The notes beneath the pieces are model-generated. The model had not been told where the DNA came from and did no database searches. It saw only the letters and a list, made by a program, of their open reading frames with translations. 53,075 nt of DNA from IMG/VR virus record IMGVR_UViG_3300025030_000138, positions 1-53,075 of that record; one strand, written 5' to 3'. Both the position numbers and the translations under genes were made by a program. Positions 8,506-16,280 of the stretch are shown here, piece after piece. Numbering within the stretch: position 1 is the first letter of the stretch; the number at the start of each line of letters is the position of its first letter. The stretch is from a virus. Its lineage: Duplodnaviria > Caudoviricetes.

Positions 8506-10082
8506 GCGACGAGACGAAGCCGTGGGAAAACAAGCCGTGGACGCGAGGCAACGCAGGGGAAAAGCTCGCGGCGTTGCAGTTGTACGTGGTCAGGGCCGAC
8601 GACGCGGGGCATTGGCCTGCCGAACTGAGCATTGCGATCTTGGAGGCGCTGAATGCCCACGCGACGCAGGCAGAGCGGGAGCGGGACGAGGCGGTGGCCG
8701 CCACGAAGGCCGCCCCCGCCCCCACCACCGTCCGCGACGACGGCTCCTGCTCCGCGCACGGCGAGAGCTACGCGCAGGGATGCCTGGCGTGCCTCGCTCG
8801 CCTGGTGCGGGAGAGGGACGCCGCCCGCGCCGAGGCCGCCGGGCGCGCTGACGCCCTCAAGGCTGCGTGGGGTGCGCTCGGTTCTGTGCCCGGCACGGAT
8901 GTCGCAGACACGCTCGCGGAGGCGAACGAGGAGATCGACGGGCTGCGCGCCGAGGCCGAGAGGCTGCGGGGGGCGCTGCTGATGTTCCACCACTCCGGCG
9001 ACTCGGCGCAGTTCCGTGCAGCGTGCCGCGCCGCCCTCTCCCCCGCCGCGGAGCCCACGCCGGTCGAGGCGCAGATCGAGGCATCGCTAGGCGAAGTCCA
9101 CCCCGACCCCGCAATTGCGAGCGAGGTGCTTGCTGACCGCGCAGCAGGAAGAGCGGTGGACGCGGAGGCTGGTGTGTGCGACGGGTGGCACCGCGGATGG
9201 ACGCCCACCCCCGCGGCGGAACCTGTGGAGGACTGCGCCGCCGACGGAGGCTGTGACGAGTCCCACGGCTGCGGCACGTGCGAGCCGCCCATGCCGACGA
9301 AGGAGCCTACCCCCGCGGCCGCGCCGGTCGCGACTGCGGCGTCGGAGACGAACAGCGAGGCCCACGCCAAGGCCCACCGAGATTTCATCGCAGACTGCTT
9401 GGCCCTAGGGGTCGACTTCCGAAACCCTTGCTACGTGGCCGGGCCGAACGGCCTTGTTACCAAGCTGTCGTTGGCTGAGATCGACGCACTGATCGCTCCC
9501 GCGCGCGCCAAGTACGCCGCGACGCTCGCCGCGTGCCCGAAGTGTGCCCCACCCACCCCCGCGGCGCGGACGGATGTCGCGGAAATGTGGGGTTTCGACG
9601 CCCCCACCCCGCCCACGGCCGAGGCAATGTGCGGCAGTCCGTGCAGCGGAACCCAATGCCCCGGATGCCTGCCGGAACCGGAGGAGCCCGGGGTGGAGGA
9701 GGCCGCGCTGGAGTGCGGCCACTGCGGCGGCCACGCCATCTACGCCAACAGCGAGGGGCTGTTCTACGAGGACGAGGACGGAACCTGTGACGACTGCGGG
9801 ATGCGCGGCAGCGTCTCCGTGGACGACGACGGCAGAGCATCGTGGAACTCCGCCGCTGACGACGACGAGACGGCGCTGTGTGAGCGCGGCGGCTGCAACG
9901 ACTGCGGGATGCTCCGAAGGAAGGCGGTGGAGGCCCGCCTCGCCGCCCTGGAGCGCGACCGGGACGCGCACGCGGAGTGTCTGCGAGAGGTGGCGGAGCG
10001 CATGGCGCGCACCGTCTGGGGCGGAGACGGTGGAAACCGCATCCTCGCCCGCCTCGCCCCGGGCGCGAAGGAGTCCGAGTGA
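8502..10082 (+). CDS. Long mosaic hypothetical protein (coiled-coil segments, Pro/Ala linkers, Cys clusters)
   Basis: Open frame with GTGA coupling at both ends. Confidence 0.6.
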   Translation: MSDETKPWENKPWTRGNAGEKLAALQLYVVRADDAGHWPAELSIAILEALNAHATQAERERDEAVAATKAAPAPTTVRDDGSCSAHGESYAQGCLACLARLVRERDAARAEAAGRADALKAAWGALGSVPGTDVADTLAEANEEIDGLRAEAERLRGALLMFHHSGDSAQFRAACRAALSPAAEPTPVEAQIEASLGEVHPDPAIASEVLADRAAGRAVDAEAGVCDGWHRGWTPTPAAEPVEDCAADGGCDESHGCGTCEPPMPTKEPTPAAAPVATAASETNSEAHAKAHRDFIADCLALGVDFRNPCYVAGPNGLVTKLSLAEIDALIAPARAKYAATLAACPKCAPPTPAARTDVAEMWGFDAPTPPTAEAMCGSPCSGTQCPGCLPEPEEPGVEEAALECGHCGGHAIYANSEGLFYEDEDGTCDDCGMRGSVSVDDDGRASWNSAADDDETALCERGGCNDCGMLRRKAVEARLAALERDRDAHAECLREVAERMARTVWGGDGGNRILARLAPGAKESE

Positions 10083-11006
10083 GCCGCCCCCGTCGCCCTA
10101 CGCGCTGGAACGCGGGCGGCCCCTACGACGGCGCGATCGTCGACGCCCTCGCCGCGTTGCTGCACGAGTCCTACCGCGACGGCGTGACCGACGACACGGC
10201 CGAGAGGATGCGGGAGTTGGCGTCGAACGGGCGCGGGGAGCTGGACCGGCTGCGGGCGCGGGTGGCGGAACTGACCATGGGAAAGGAGCAGCCATGACCA
10301 CCGCCGAACTGGACGAGTTGGAGTGCGTGTGGGGCCCCGCGGGTGGACCCGACGCCCCGACGATTCGCCGCCTCGTCGCGGCGCTGCGGGAGGCGAGGGC
10401 CGAGGTCGAGGAGCGGGACGTTTTGCTGATGGATACGTGGCTCCAGTTCTCCTGCGAGAACGAGAAGCGCGGCACGCGGCACGACGGCGGGCTGTCCGTG
10501 CTGACGGAGATTGCCGAGGCTCTGGACCTGGACCCGTACACGGGCCGCGCGCTGGGGAGGGAGGGGTGAGCGCCTGCCCCCACGGCTCCCTCGCCCGCTC
10601 CTGCCCGCGCTGCGAGGACGCGGAGACGATCGCCTTCCTGCGCGGACAACTCCGCGACGCCAACCGGGCCGGGGAGGCGGCGGCGGAGGAGCGGCAGCGG
10701 GATGCAGAGAGCGCCCTCTCCGCGCTCCAGGTGGCCGCCCTGGCGGCGGCAGAGCACCGCGCCACCGTGGCCGGGCTGGCGGGCCGGCTTGCAGCTGCGA
10801 CCCCGGAGGAGCGCCGCCGGGTGCTCCTCGCGCTGTGCCCGCGCCGGGGCGTGGACGGGCTCCGGCTGCGCGCTGACGGGACGTGGGATCTGCGCGGGAT
10901 CCGCCCGGCCGCAGCCGCTCTCTCCTCCCCGGAGGGCGGAGCGGCTGCGGAGATTGTGATCGCTGGCGGCCCCGCGCGGTGCCGGGGGTGGAGGAGGAGG
11001 GCCTGA
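10079..11006 (+). other. Three coupled hypothetical ORFs (10079-10297, 10294-10569, 10566-11006)
   Basis: GTGA/ATGA overlaps with RBS. Confidence 0.6.
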
Positions 11007-11041
11007 CCCACCCCGGCACGCCCCCTGCACCGCGCGAGCGC

Positions 11042-11344
11042 ATGAGCCTCGTCCAGCCCCGCCGCCCCGTCCCGCCTCCGTCCGAGCGCACCCTCGCCGA
11101 CCTCCGCGCCCGCCACGCCGCCGAGGTGGAGGCCCTGATCGTCGCCGCCCTGGAGGCCGAGGACGGGGTAGTCCTCCGCGCCGCCGGCCGCCTCGGGATC
11201 GCCGAGGGCTCGCTCCGGGAGCTCCTGTCGCCCCGAGCCCTCGCAGCACTCGCGGCACTCCGCGAGCAGCGCCGGGCCCGCAAGTCCGCGACCCGTGGTG
11301 GTGGCGCGGCTCCGGCTCCGAGCAAGCGGCGCCGCACGGCCTAG
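11042..11344 (+). CDS. Stand-alone Fis/NtrC-type HTH protein
   Basis: LADLRARHAAEVEALIVAALEAEDGVVLRAAGRLGIAEGSLRELL fits the Fis-type pattern E..I..AL....G....AA..LGI....L. Confidence 0.65.
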   Translation: MSLVQPRRPVPPPSERTLADLRARHAAEVEALIVAALEAEDGVVLRAAGRLGIAEGSLRELLSPRALAALAALREQRRARKSATRGGGAAPAPSKRRRTA

Positions 11345-11350
11345 TGATTA

Positions 11351-11658
11351 GGGTGCGGCTCCTTTGGATAGACGCTGAAACGAGCGGAAACGCCGAGGAA
11401 GATCGATCGGTTACTGCGATTGTTGGGGAATCGAGGGCCTGCGTCTCCCGGCCCCCGCGCTGGACCTTCCTCCGCTCAAAAAACGCGGTGGGCAGCACGT
11501 CGCGCGACCCTCGGGGTGGAAAGAGCCCGCTGATGGAGGGGGCCACGTATGACGCTACGGCGTCCAAAGATGGCCAGAAACCGTTCACGCTGCGGCCAGG
11601 TCCATCAGGAAACGCTGGTTTTTGCAGGATTTCCCGTCTCGCCAGAAGATCCGCACCC
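11351..11658. mobile_element. Non-autonomous MITE-like insertion, 308 bp
   Basis: Imperfect terminal inverted repeats starting GGGTGCGG (19 of 24 match); flanking 9-bp direct repeat TAGTGATTA at 11342-11350 and 11659-11667; no transposase. Confidence 0.8.
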
Positions 11659-11992
11659 TAGTGATTACGGAAACTTGCGCTGCCGAACGCGCAGGAGGGC
11701 CTAGGTGGTGGCGGCACCAGGGCCGGCCCAGCACACGGACCGGGGTCCGATCGACGCAGGGCGGGGCAGCCAGCGCGCGTCCCTGGGCGACGCGGAGGGC
11801 TGCTGCGCTGGCACAGGACGTGACGACTCGCGGGACACCGCGAATAACTGAGAGGCTCGCGGATTTTCGCGGATTGTGTTTTCGCGGAGTTGCGCGAATG
11901 GCAGGGCGCTGGTGTCGCGGGGTCGGGGTGGCGGCGAGGGAGAGGGCCGTGCAACCCCGCGACTGCTGGAGACTCGCGGGATTCCGCGAGGG

Positions 11993-12008
11993 TGGCACAC
12001 CGGCTGCA
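11993..12008 (+). promoter_or_regulatory. Sigma54 (-24/-12) promoter
   Basis: TGGCACACCGGCTGCA with GG-N10-GC spacing, about 60 bp upstream of the ATG at 12068. Confidence 0.65.
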
Positions 12009-12067
12009 ATACCCCCTGACACGCGGCATGGAGCCGCCGCCCCGGGGACGGGGAGAGGAGAGCAGAG

Positions 12068-13497
12068 ATGGCTACCTACCGGATCGAGAGCGCGAAGGGC
12101 GGCACCACCGGGACCCTGGAGGAGTGCATCGCGTGGCAGGTGGAGCACCAGGCGGCGGTCGCCGACCTCTACCTCCTCGGGCTCGAGGGTGGCCCGCTGC
12201 TCGTCGCGGATGTGGGCCGGCTCGCGATCGAGGCGCCCGAGAACGGCGACGACGCCGAGGCGATGATGCGCCGCAACCTCGAGCGGGTGCAGCGCGAGAT
12301 CGACCGCGCCCTGACCCCGTAGCTGCCCCGGCCTCTGGGGCGCTGGGCCTACCAGCGCCACCCCACCACCAGCACCGCCGGGAGGCGGAGAGGAGAGCGC
12401 GATGAGGGTCTACGCGATGGCCGACCACGGGACGCCGTGCATGCCTGTCGTCGAGCGGCGCCAGTACCAGAGCAGGAGGAGCGCGGAGCGCTACGCCAGC
12501 GCGCACGGGCTCACGATCGTCGACTCGATGGCGCCGGGCGAGGAGTACCCGGCGGCGAACGACGCCGAGGGGTGGGATCGCCTGCGTCTCGCCCACGGAA
12601 TCGCCGCTCGCTAGCCCCACCCCACCACACAGGACGCCCGGGAGGGCGAGAGGAGAGCGACATGGGGACCAAATTCGCAGCAGTGGACGACGGGGTGTGC
12701 GATGGAACCGGGGGCTCCGGCGCGGTCTACGCGGTCGCGCCCACCGAGCGGGGAGCGGTGCGGATCGCGCGGCGCGAGGCGCGGGAGCCCGCGGCCGAAT
12801 TCGACACCGTGCCGATCTCCGACGAGGCCGCGGCATTCGTCGCCGAGCACGGCGGCGCCCCGGATGATCGGCTGCTCGTGAGCCGGAGCGGCGTCAGCCT
12901 CGACGCCGACCCCGACGTGACCGAGAAGATCCGCGAGATCCTCACCGACGGCTCGTGGTCGGCCGCGAACCTCGAGGTGCTCCGGAGCGTCCGGTCGGCG
13001 TGGGCGGGCACGGTGCCGGCGGAGTTCCGCGCCGCGGTCGTGGCGGGGGTGCGCGCGGTGGTCCGGGACGCACTCGCACAGATCGAGGCGACCCCGGACG
13101 CGGTGGGCGTCGAGCTCTGCGACGGGGAGATCGTCGCGGTGGAGGTGGCAGACCGCGACGACGAGGACGCCGCCGCCGAGTAGCCCCACCCCGCCCTGAT
13201 CCCAGCGGGGCCCACCACCGAGACCCACCCGCCTCTCGGGATCCAGGCGGCCCGCCCCCACCGTCGGGTGCAACGGGGGCTGCAGTACCGCGAGGACACA
13301 TGCCCAGCCACCGCTCACCGTCCGGGACAGCCCTCGCCACGAGGGCCGACCGGCTGGGGCTCCTGCTTCTGGACCTGCTCCGCGACCTGCCCGTCGGCGA
13401 CCCGGCGCGGGAGATTCTCGGGGCCGCGCTGGCCGAGCTCGCCGGCGTGGCGCGGCGGCTCCGGCGGACGAGCCGACCGGGGGACGCGAGGCGGTAG
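12068..13497 (+). other. Four non-overlapping small ORFs (12068-12322, 12402-12614, 12662-13183, 13300-13497)
   Basis: First three are each preceded by GAGAGGAGAGC; convergent with the lysis genes. Confidence 0.65.
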
Positions 13498-13905
13498 CTA
13501 CCACGCCACCGCCGCAGTCCCGGCCACAGCCCCCACCACCAGCGCCGCCGGCACCGTCCACCACGGCGGGCCGTCCCGCTGCTCCTCCCGGCACGCGGCC
13601 AACTCGGCGTCAGCCACCGCAGCGTCCGCAGCCTCGACCCGCTCGGCCCGGGCCCCCGACGCGAGGCAGGACGCGAGGTCGATCAGAGCGAGGTCGCGGC
13701 CGGTGGACGCCGCCACGTAGGCCCCATGCAGCCGCTCCAGCCCCCGCGCCTCGTCGGGGCCGCACCGCTCCCGGACCGCGGCGACGGCGCAGGACTCAGC
13801 CGGGGCCGCCACCACTGCCGGGGCCGCGCTCCTGCCGGTGGCGCACCCGGCCGTCAGCAGCAGCGCCCAGCCTGCCCAGCGTCTCGTCCACGGTCTCGCT
13901 CGCAC
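13498..13905 (-). CDS. Spanin-like lipoprotein with a C-terminal TM helix
   Basis: Lipobox LLLTAG/C; C-terminal WWTVPAALVVGAVAGTAAVAW; at the end of the lysis cassette. Confidence 0.6.
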   Translation of the reverse strand: MRARPWTRRWAGWALLLTAGCATGRSAAPAVVAAPAESCAVAAVRERCGPDEARGLERLHGAYVAASTGRDLALIDLASCLASGARAERVEAADAAVADAELAACREEQRDGPPWWTVPAALVVGAVAGTAAVAW

Positions 13906-14137
13906 GGATCGCCACCTCCTGCCGCTGCCTCGCGGCGTCTGCCTGCTGGTCCCTGGCCTCGATCGCCGCCGCCGCCCGGGTCACGGCCGCGTCCTGCTGC
14001 CGCTGGCGCAGCTCGTCCGCGGCCTGGGCTACCCGCTCTGTCGCCGGGGCCCGGGTGGTGCGGTCGCGGAGCAGCCAGCCCACGGCGACGGCGAGCAGCG
14101 CGGCGCCGGCGCCTAGGGCGTAGAGGGCCTCCCTCAC
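13796..14137 (-). CDS. Rz/i-spanin-like protein
   Basis: N-terminal TM (ALYALGAGAALLAVAVGWLL) plus coiled coil; overlaps the lipoprotein gene. Confidence 0.6.
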   Translation of the reverse strand: MREALYALGAGAALLAVAVGWLLRDRTTRAPATERVAQAADELRQRQQDAAVTRAAAAIEARDQQADAARQRQEVAIRASETVDETLGRLGAAADGRVRHRQERGPGSGGGPG

Positions 14138-14331
14138 AGCCTCCCCTCCGCCCGCGCCCGCAGCAGCGCCTCCGCCAGCGAGAAGCGCAGCGGCTCCGAG
14201 GACTCGGGCTCGACCGGTGCCGTCCAGTCGCACTGGTCCGAGGTGCAGCACAGCAGTCCGGCCACGACGCGGTACGCGGTCGGGCAGCCGCAGGGGCACG
14301 GAGGGAGGGTCGTGGCTTCGGCGTGGGTCAT
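14134..14331 (-). CDS. Small Cys-motif hypothetical protein
   Basis: CPCGC...CC...C; coupled to the next gene. Confidence 0.5.
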   Translation of the reverse strand: MTHAEATTLPPCPCGCPTAYRVVAGLLCCTSDQCDWTAPVEPESSEPLRFSLAEALLRARAEGRL

Positions 14332-14398
14332 GACTTCCACCGCAGGTCCCACCGCGCGCCCGGCCGGTAGCGGCGGCGAACGTAGAAGCGGAAGCGGA

Positions 14399-14980
14399 TC
14401 ACGGCGTCGGCCTCACCAGCAGCACGTTGAACCCGCCCCGCTGCGTCAGGAAGTCGTCCACGTCGACCCACTCCTCCGCAGCCCCGGCCGAGCAGGAGAC
14501 GAGCACCTCGTGCCGAATCACCCCGCCCACGCCCTCCTCTGGCCACACCTCGCGCACGCCGCAGAGCAGCACTTGGTGGTCCGGGAGGCCGAGCGGTCCC
14601 GCCCTCCGGTAGGACACCTCCGCGATCCCGTAGTACCCGGCATCGAGCGCCATGCGTAGGTGGGCGAACCACGGCATAGCCTGCGCGCTAGCGGCGAGCC
14701 CGAACCACGCCCGCGGTTCGTAGCCGGCCCACGGCCAGATCGGCACGTCCACGATGATCCGATCCGCGAGCCCGGCCGCACGCGCCCGGTGAAGCGCGTC
14801 CCGCGCATCGAACCAGGTGGCCCCCTGGATCTTGCCCTCTCGCAGACGGGCGTAGACCTCGGGCACGGTGAGTCCGAGTGCGCCGCCGAGGGCGCACGCG
14901 GCGCAGTCGCCGCCTGGGTTCATGTTCGGCTGCGGCTGCCGGAGCGAGCGGCGCGGCAGCGTGACGGAGTAGCCCCTCAT
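14399..14980 (-). CDS. Papain-fold (peptidase C39-like) protein
   Basis: Q....GDCAACAL and DHQVLLCG Cys-His pattern. Confidence 0.55.
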   Translation of the reverse strand: MRGYSVTLPRRSLRQPQPNMNPGGDCAACALGGALGLTVPEVYARLREGKIQGATWFDARDALHRARAAGLADRIIVDVPIWPWAGYEPRAWFGLAASAQAMPWFAHLRMALDAGYYGIAEVSYRRAGPLGLPDHQVLLCGVREVWPEEGVGGVIRHEVLVSCSAGAAEEWVDVDDFLTQRGGFNVLLVRPTP

Positions 14981-15249
14981 GGCGAGGGCGGGGCCGGGGG
15001 CTGTGCTGCCGACGCCCGCAACTCCGCGGGGGTCAGCGCCAGCGCGTGAGCCAGGGCCCGGAGCCTCGGGTAGTCCCAGAGGTAGGCGCCGCCCGGGCCG
15101 CGGCTCTCCAGGATCCGGACGGCCAGGGACGCCGCGGTGACGACGCCGCTCCAGAGCGCGCCGAGGGCGGTGACCGCGGCGAGGACGTAGCCCCACCACG
15201 GCGCGTGGCCGACGGCGGAACTGAGGGTGTCGAGGGTCTGCTGGTCCAT
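14977..15249 (-). CDS. Putative holin
   Basis: 90 aa with a long hydrophobic segment; directly downstream of the endolysin. Confidence 0.5.
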   Translation of the reverse strand: MDQQTLDTLSSAVGHAPWWGYVLAAVTALGALWSGVVTAASLAVRILESRGPGGAYLWDYPRLRALAHALALTPAELRASAAQPPAPPSP

Positions 15250-15258
15250 GGCGCGCTC

Positions 15259-15804
15259 CTATGCGTGGGCGAAGAAGATCACGGGCCGGTCGCCGAATCC
15301 CTCACGGATCGACCGGTCGAAGAAGCACGACGCGCCCGCCTGCGCGATCCGCAGCGGCCCGCCGAGCGGCGACGGCAGTACCACGGCGACGTGGCCGCTC
15401 CCGTCGGAGTTGCGCCAGCAGGCGATCACGAGGCAGCCCCGGTCCGCGAACGCCGCAGCCTGGTGCTCCACCACCGGCGCCCACTCGTAGCCGGCGCCGT
15501 CGCCGGCAAGCCAGTCGATCGTGCCGTTCGCCGAGAGCTCGCGGCCCCGCCACGACTGCGGGATCACGCAGCCCATGGCGTCGGCCACGTCACCGACGAA
15601 TCGATCGCAGTGGGTGTCGCGCTTCCCGTCGCCGCTCGTGTCCCGAGGGGCGTAGCGCGGCCCCGTCACGTCGAGGGCTCCGACGACGGCGCAGAGCCGA
15701 TCGGCAGAGCGACAGCAGGGGCACGAGCGGATCACGGGCTCGACGGGCACGGTCACGTCGGGGTTGCTCAGGTCGCCCGGACGGGGCTTTGGGGCTGGCG
15801 GCAT
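15259..15804 (-). CDS. Endolysin, CHAP/NlpC-P60-like Cys-His amidase
   Basis: THCDRFV...ANG..DWL...GSGHVAVV...IAQAG motifs. Confidence 0.75.
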   Translation of the reverse strand: MPPAPKPRPGDLSNPDVTVPVEPVIRSCPCCRSADRLCAVVGALDVTGPRYAPRDTSGDGKRDTHCDRFVGDVADAMGCVIPQSWRGRELSANGTIDWLAGDGAGYEWAPVVEHQAAAFADRGCLVIACWRNSDGSGHVAVVLPSPLGGPLRIAQAGASCFFDRSIREGFGDRPVIFFAHA

Positions 15805-15866
15805 GGGCGCCTCCTGGGGTTGAATGCGGGGACTGGCGCCACGTCGGCGCCTGTGGAGGTGGGGTC

Positions 15867-16280
15867 ATGCGGGGTCTACTGCTCGTGGTGTTGCTGGCGG
15901 GGTGCGGGACCGAGGCGGCGACGGCGCCGCCGGAGGGGGGTGGCGGGGCCGGCGGCCTCGGTGGCGCTGGCGGCCAGGGCGGCGCCGGCGGAGGCGGCGG
16001 CGTGGACCCGGGCGCCCCCGTCGGCACCGGGTGCTCCGCGGACGGGGACTGCGACCCGGGCCTCTTCTGCGACAGCGAGAGCCCCGGCGGGTACTGCACG
16101 GTCCTCTGTCCCGACGGGGATTGCCCGGAGGGGAGTGCGTGCTACTCGGTGCGATCCAACACGGACCCGGTGGAGGAGTGCCTCGTTCGCTGCGCCGTCG
16201 ACTTCGATTGCCGGATCGGCTACGTGTGCGGTGGTTCCGATGACAACCCCGTCTGCGTGCCGCGCGACCCGCCCCCCTAG
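15867..16280 (+). CDS. Cys-rich lipoprotein of myxobacterial type, oriented opposite to the late operon
   Basis: MRGLLLVVLLAG/C lipobox; Gly linker; C...DC....C.....GGYCT..C repeats; RBS GGAGGT. Confidence 0.8.
   Translation: MRGLLLVVLLAGCGTEAATAPPEGGGGAGGLGGAGGQGGAGGGGGVDPGAPVGTGCSADGDCDPGLFCDSESPGGYCTVLCPDGDCPEGSACYSVRSNTDPVEECLVRCAVDFDCRIGYVCGGSDDNPVCVPRDPPP

Noticed and set aside
7372-8512. CRISPR array or integron attC sites
   Set aside because: The intervening segments are 150-330 bp genes, the repeats are not palindromic, and there is no cas gene or integron integrase
11351-11358. Match between the MITE end GGGTGCGG and the origin iterons
   Set aside because: An 8-bp GC-rich match is expected by chance
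11344-11661. 105-aa ORF as a real gene or transposase
   Set aside because: It coincides with the MITE and has atypical codon usage and no DDE motif
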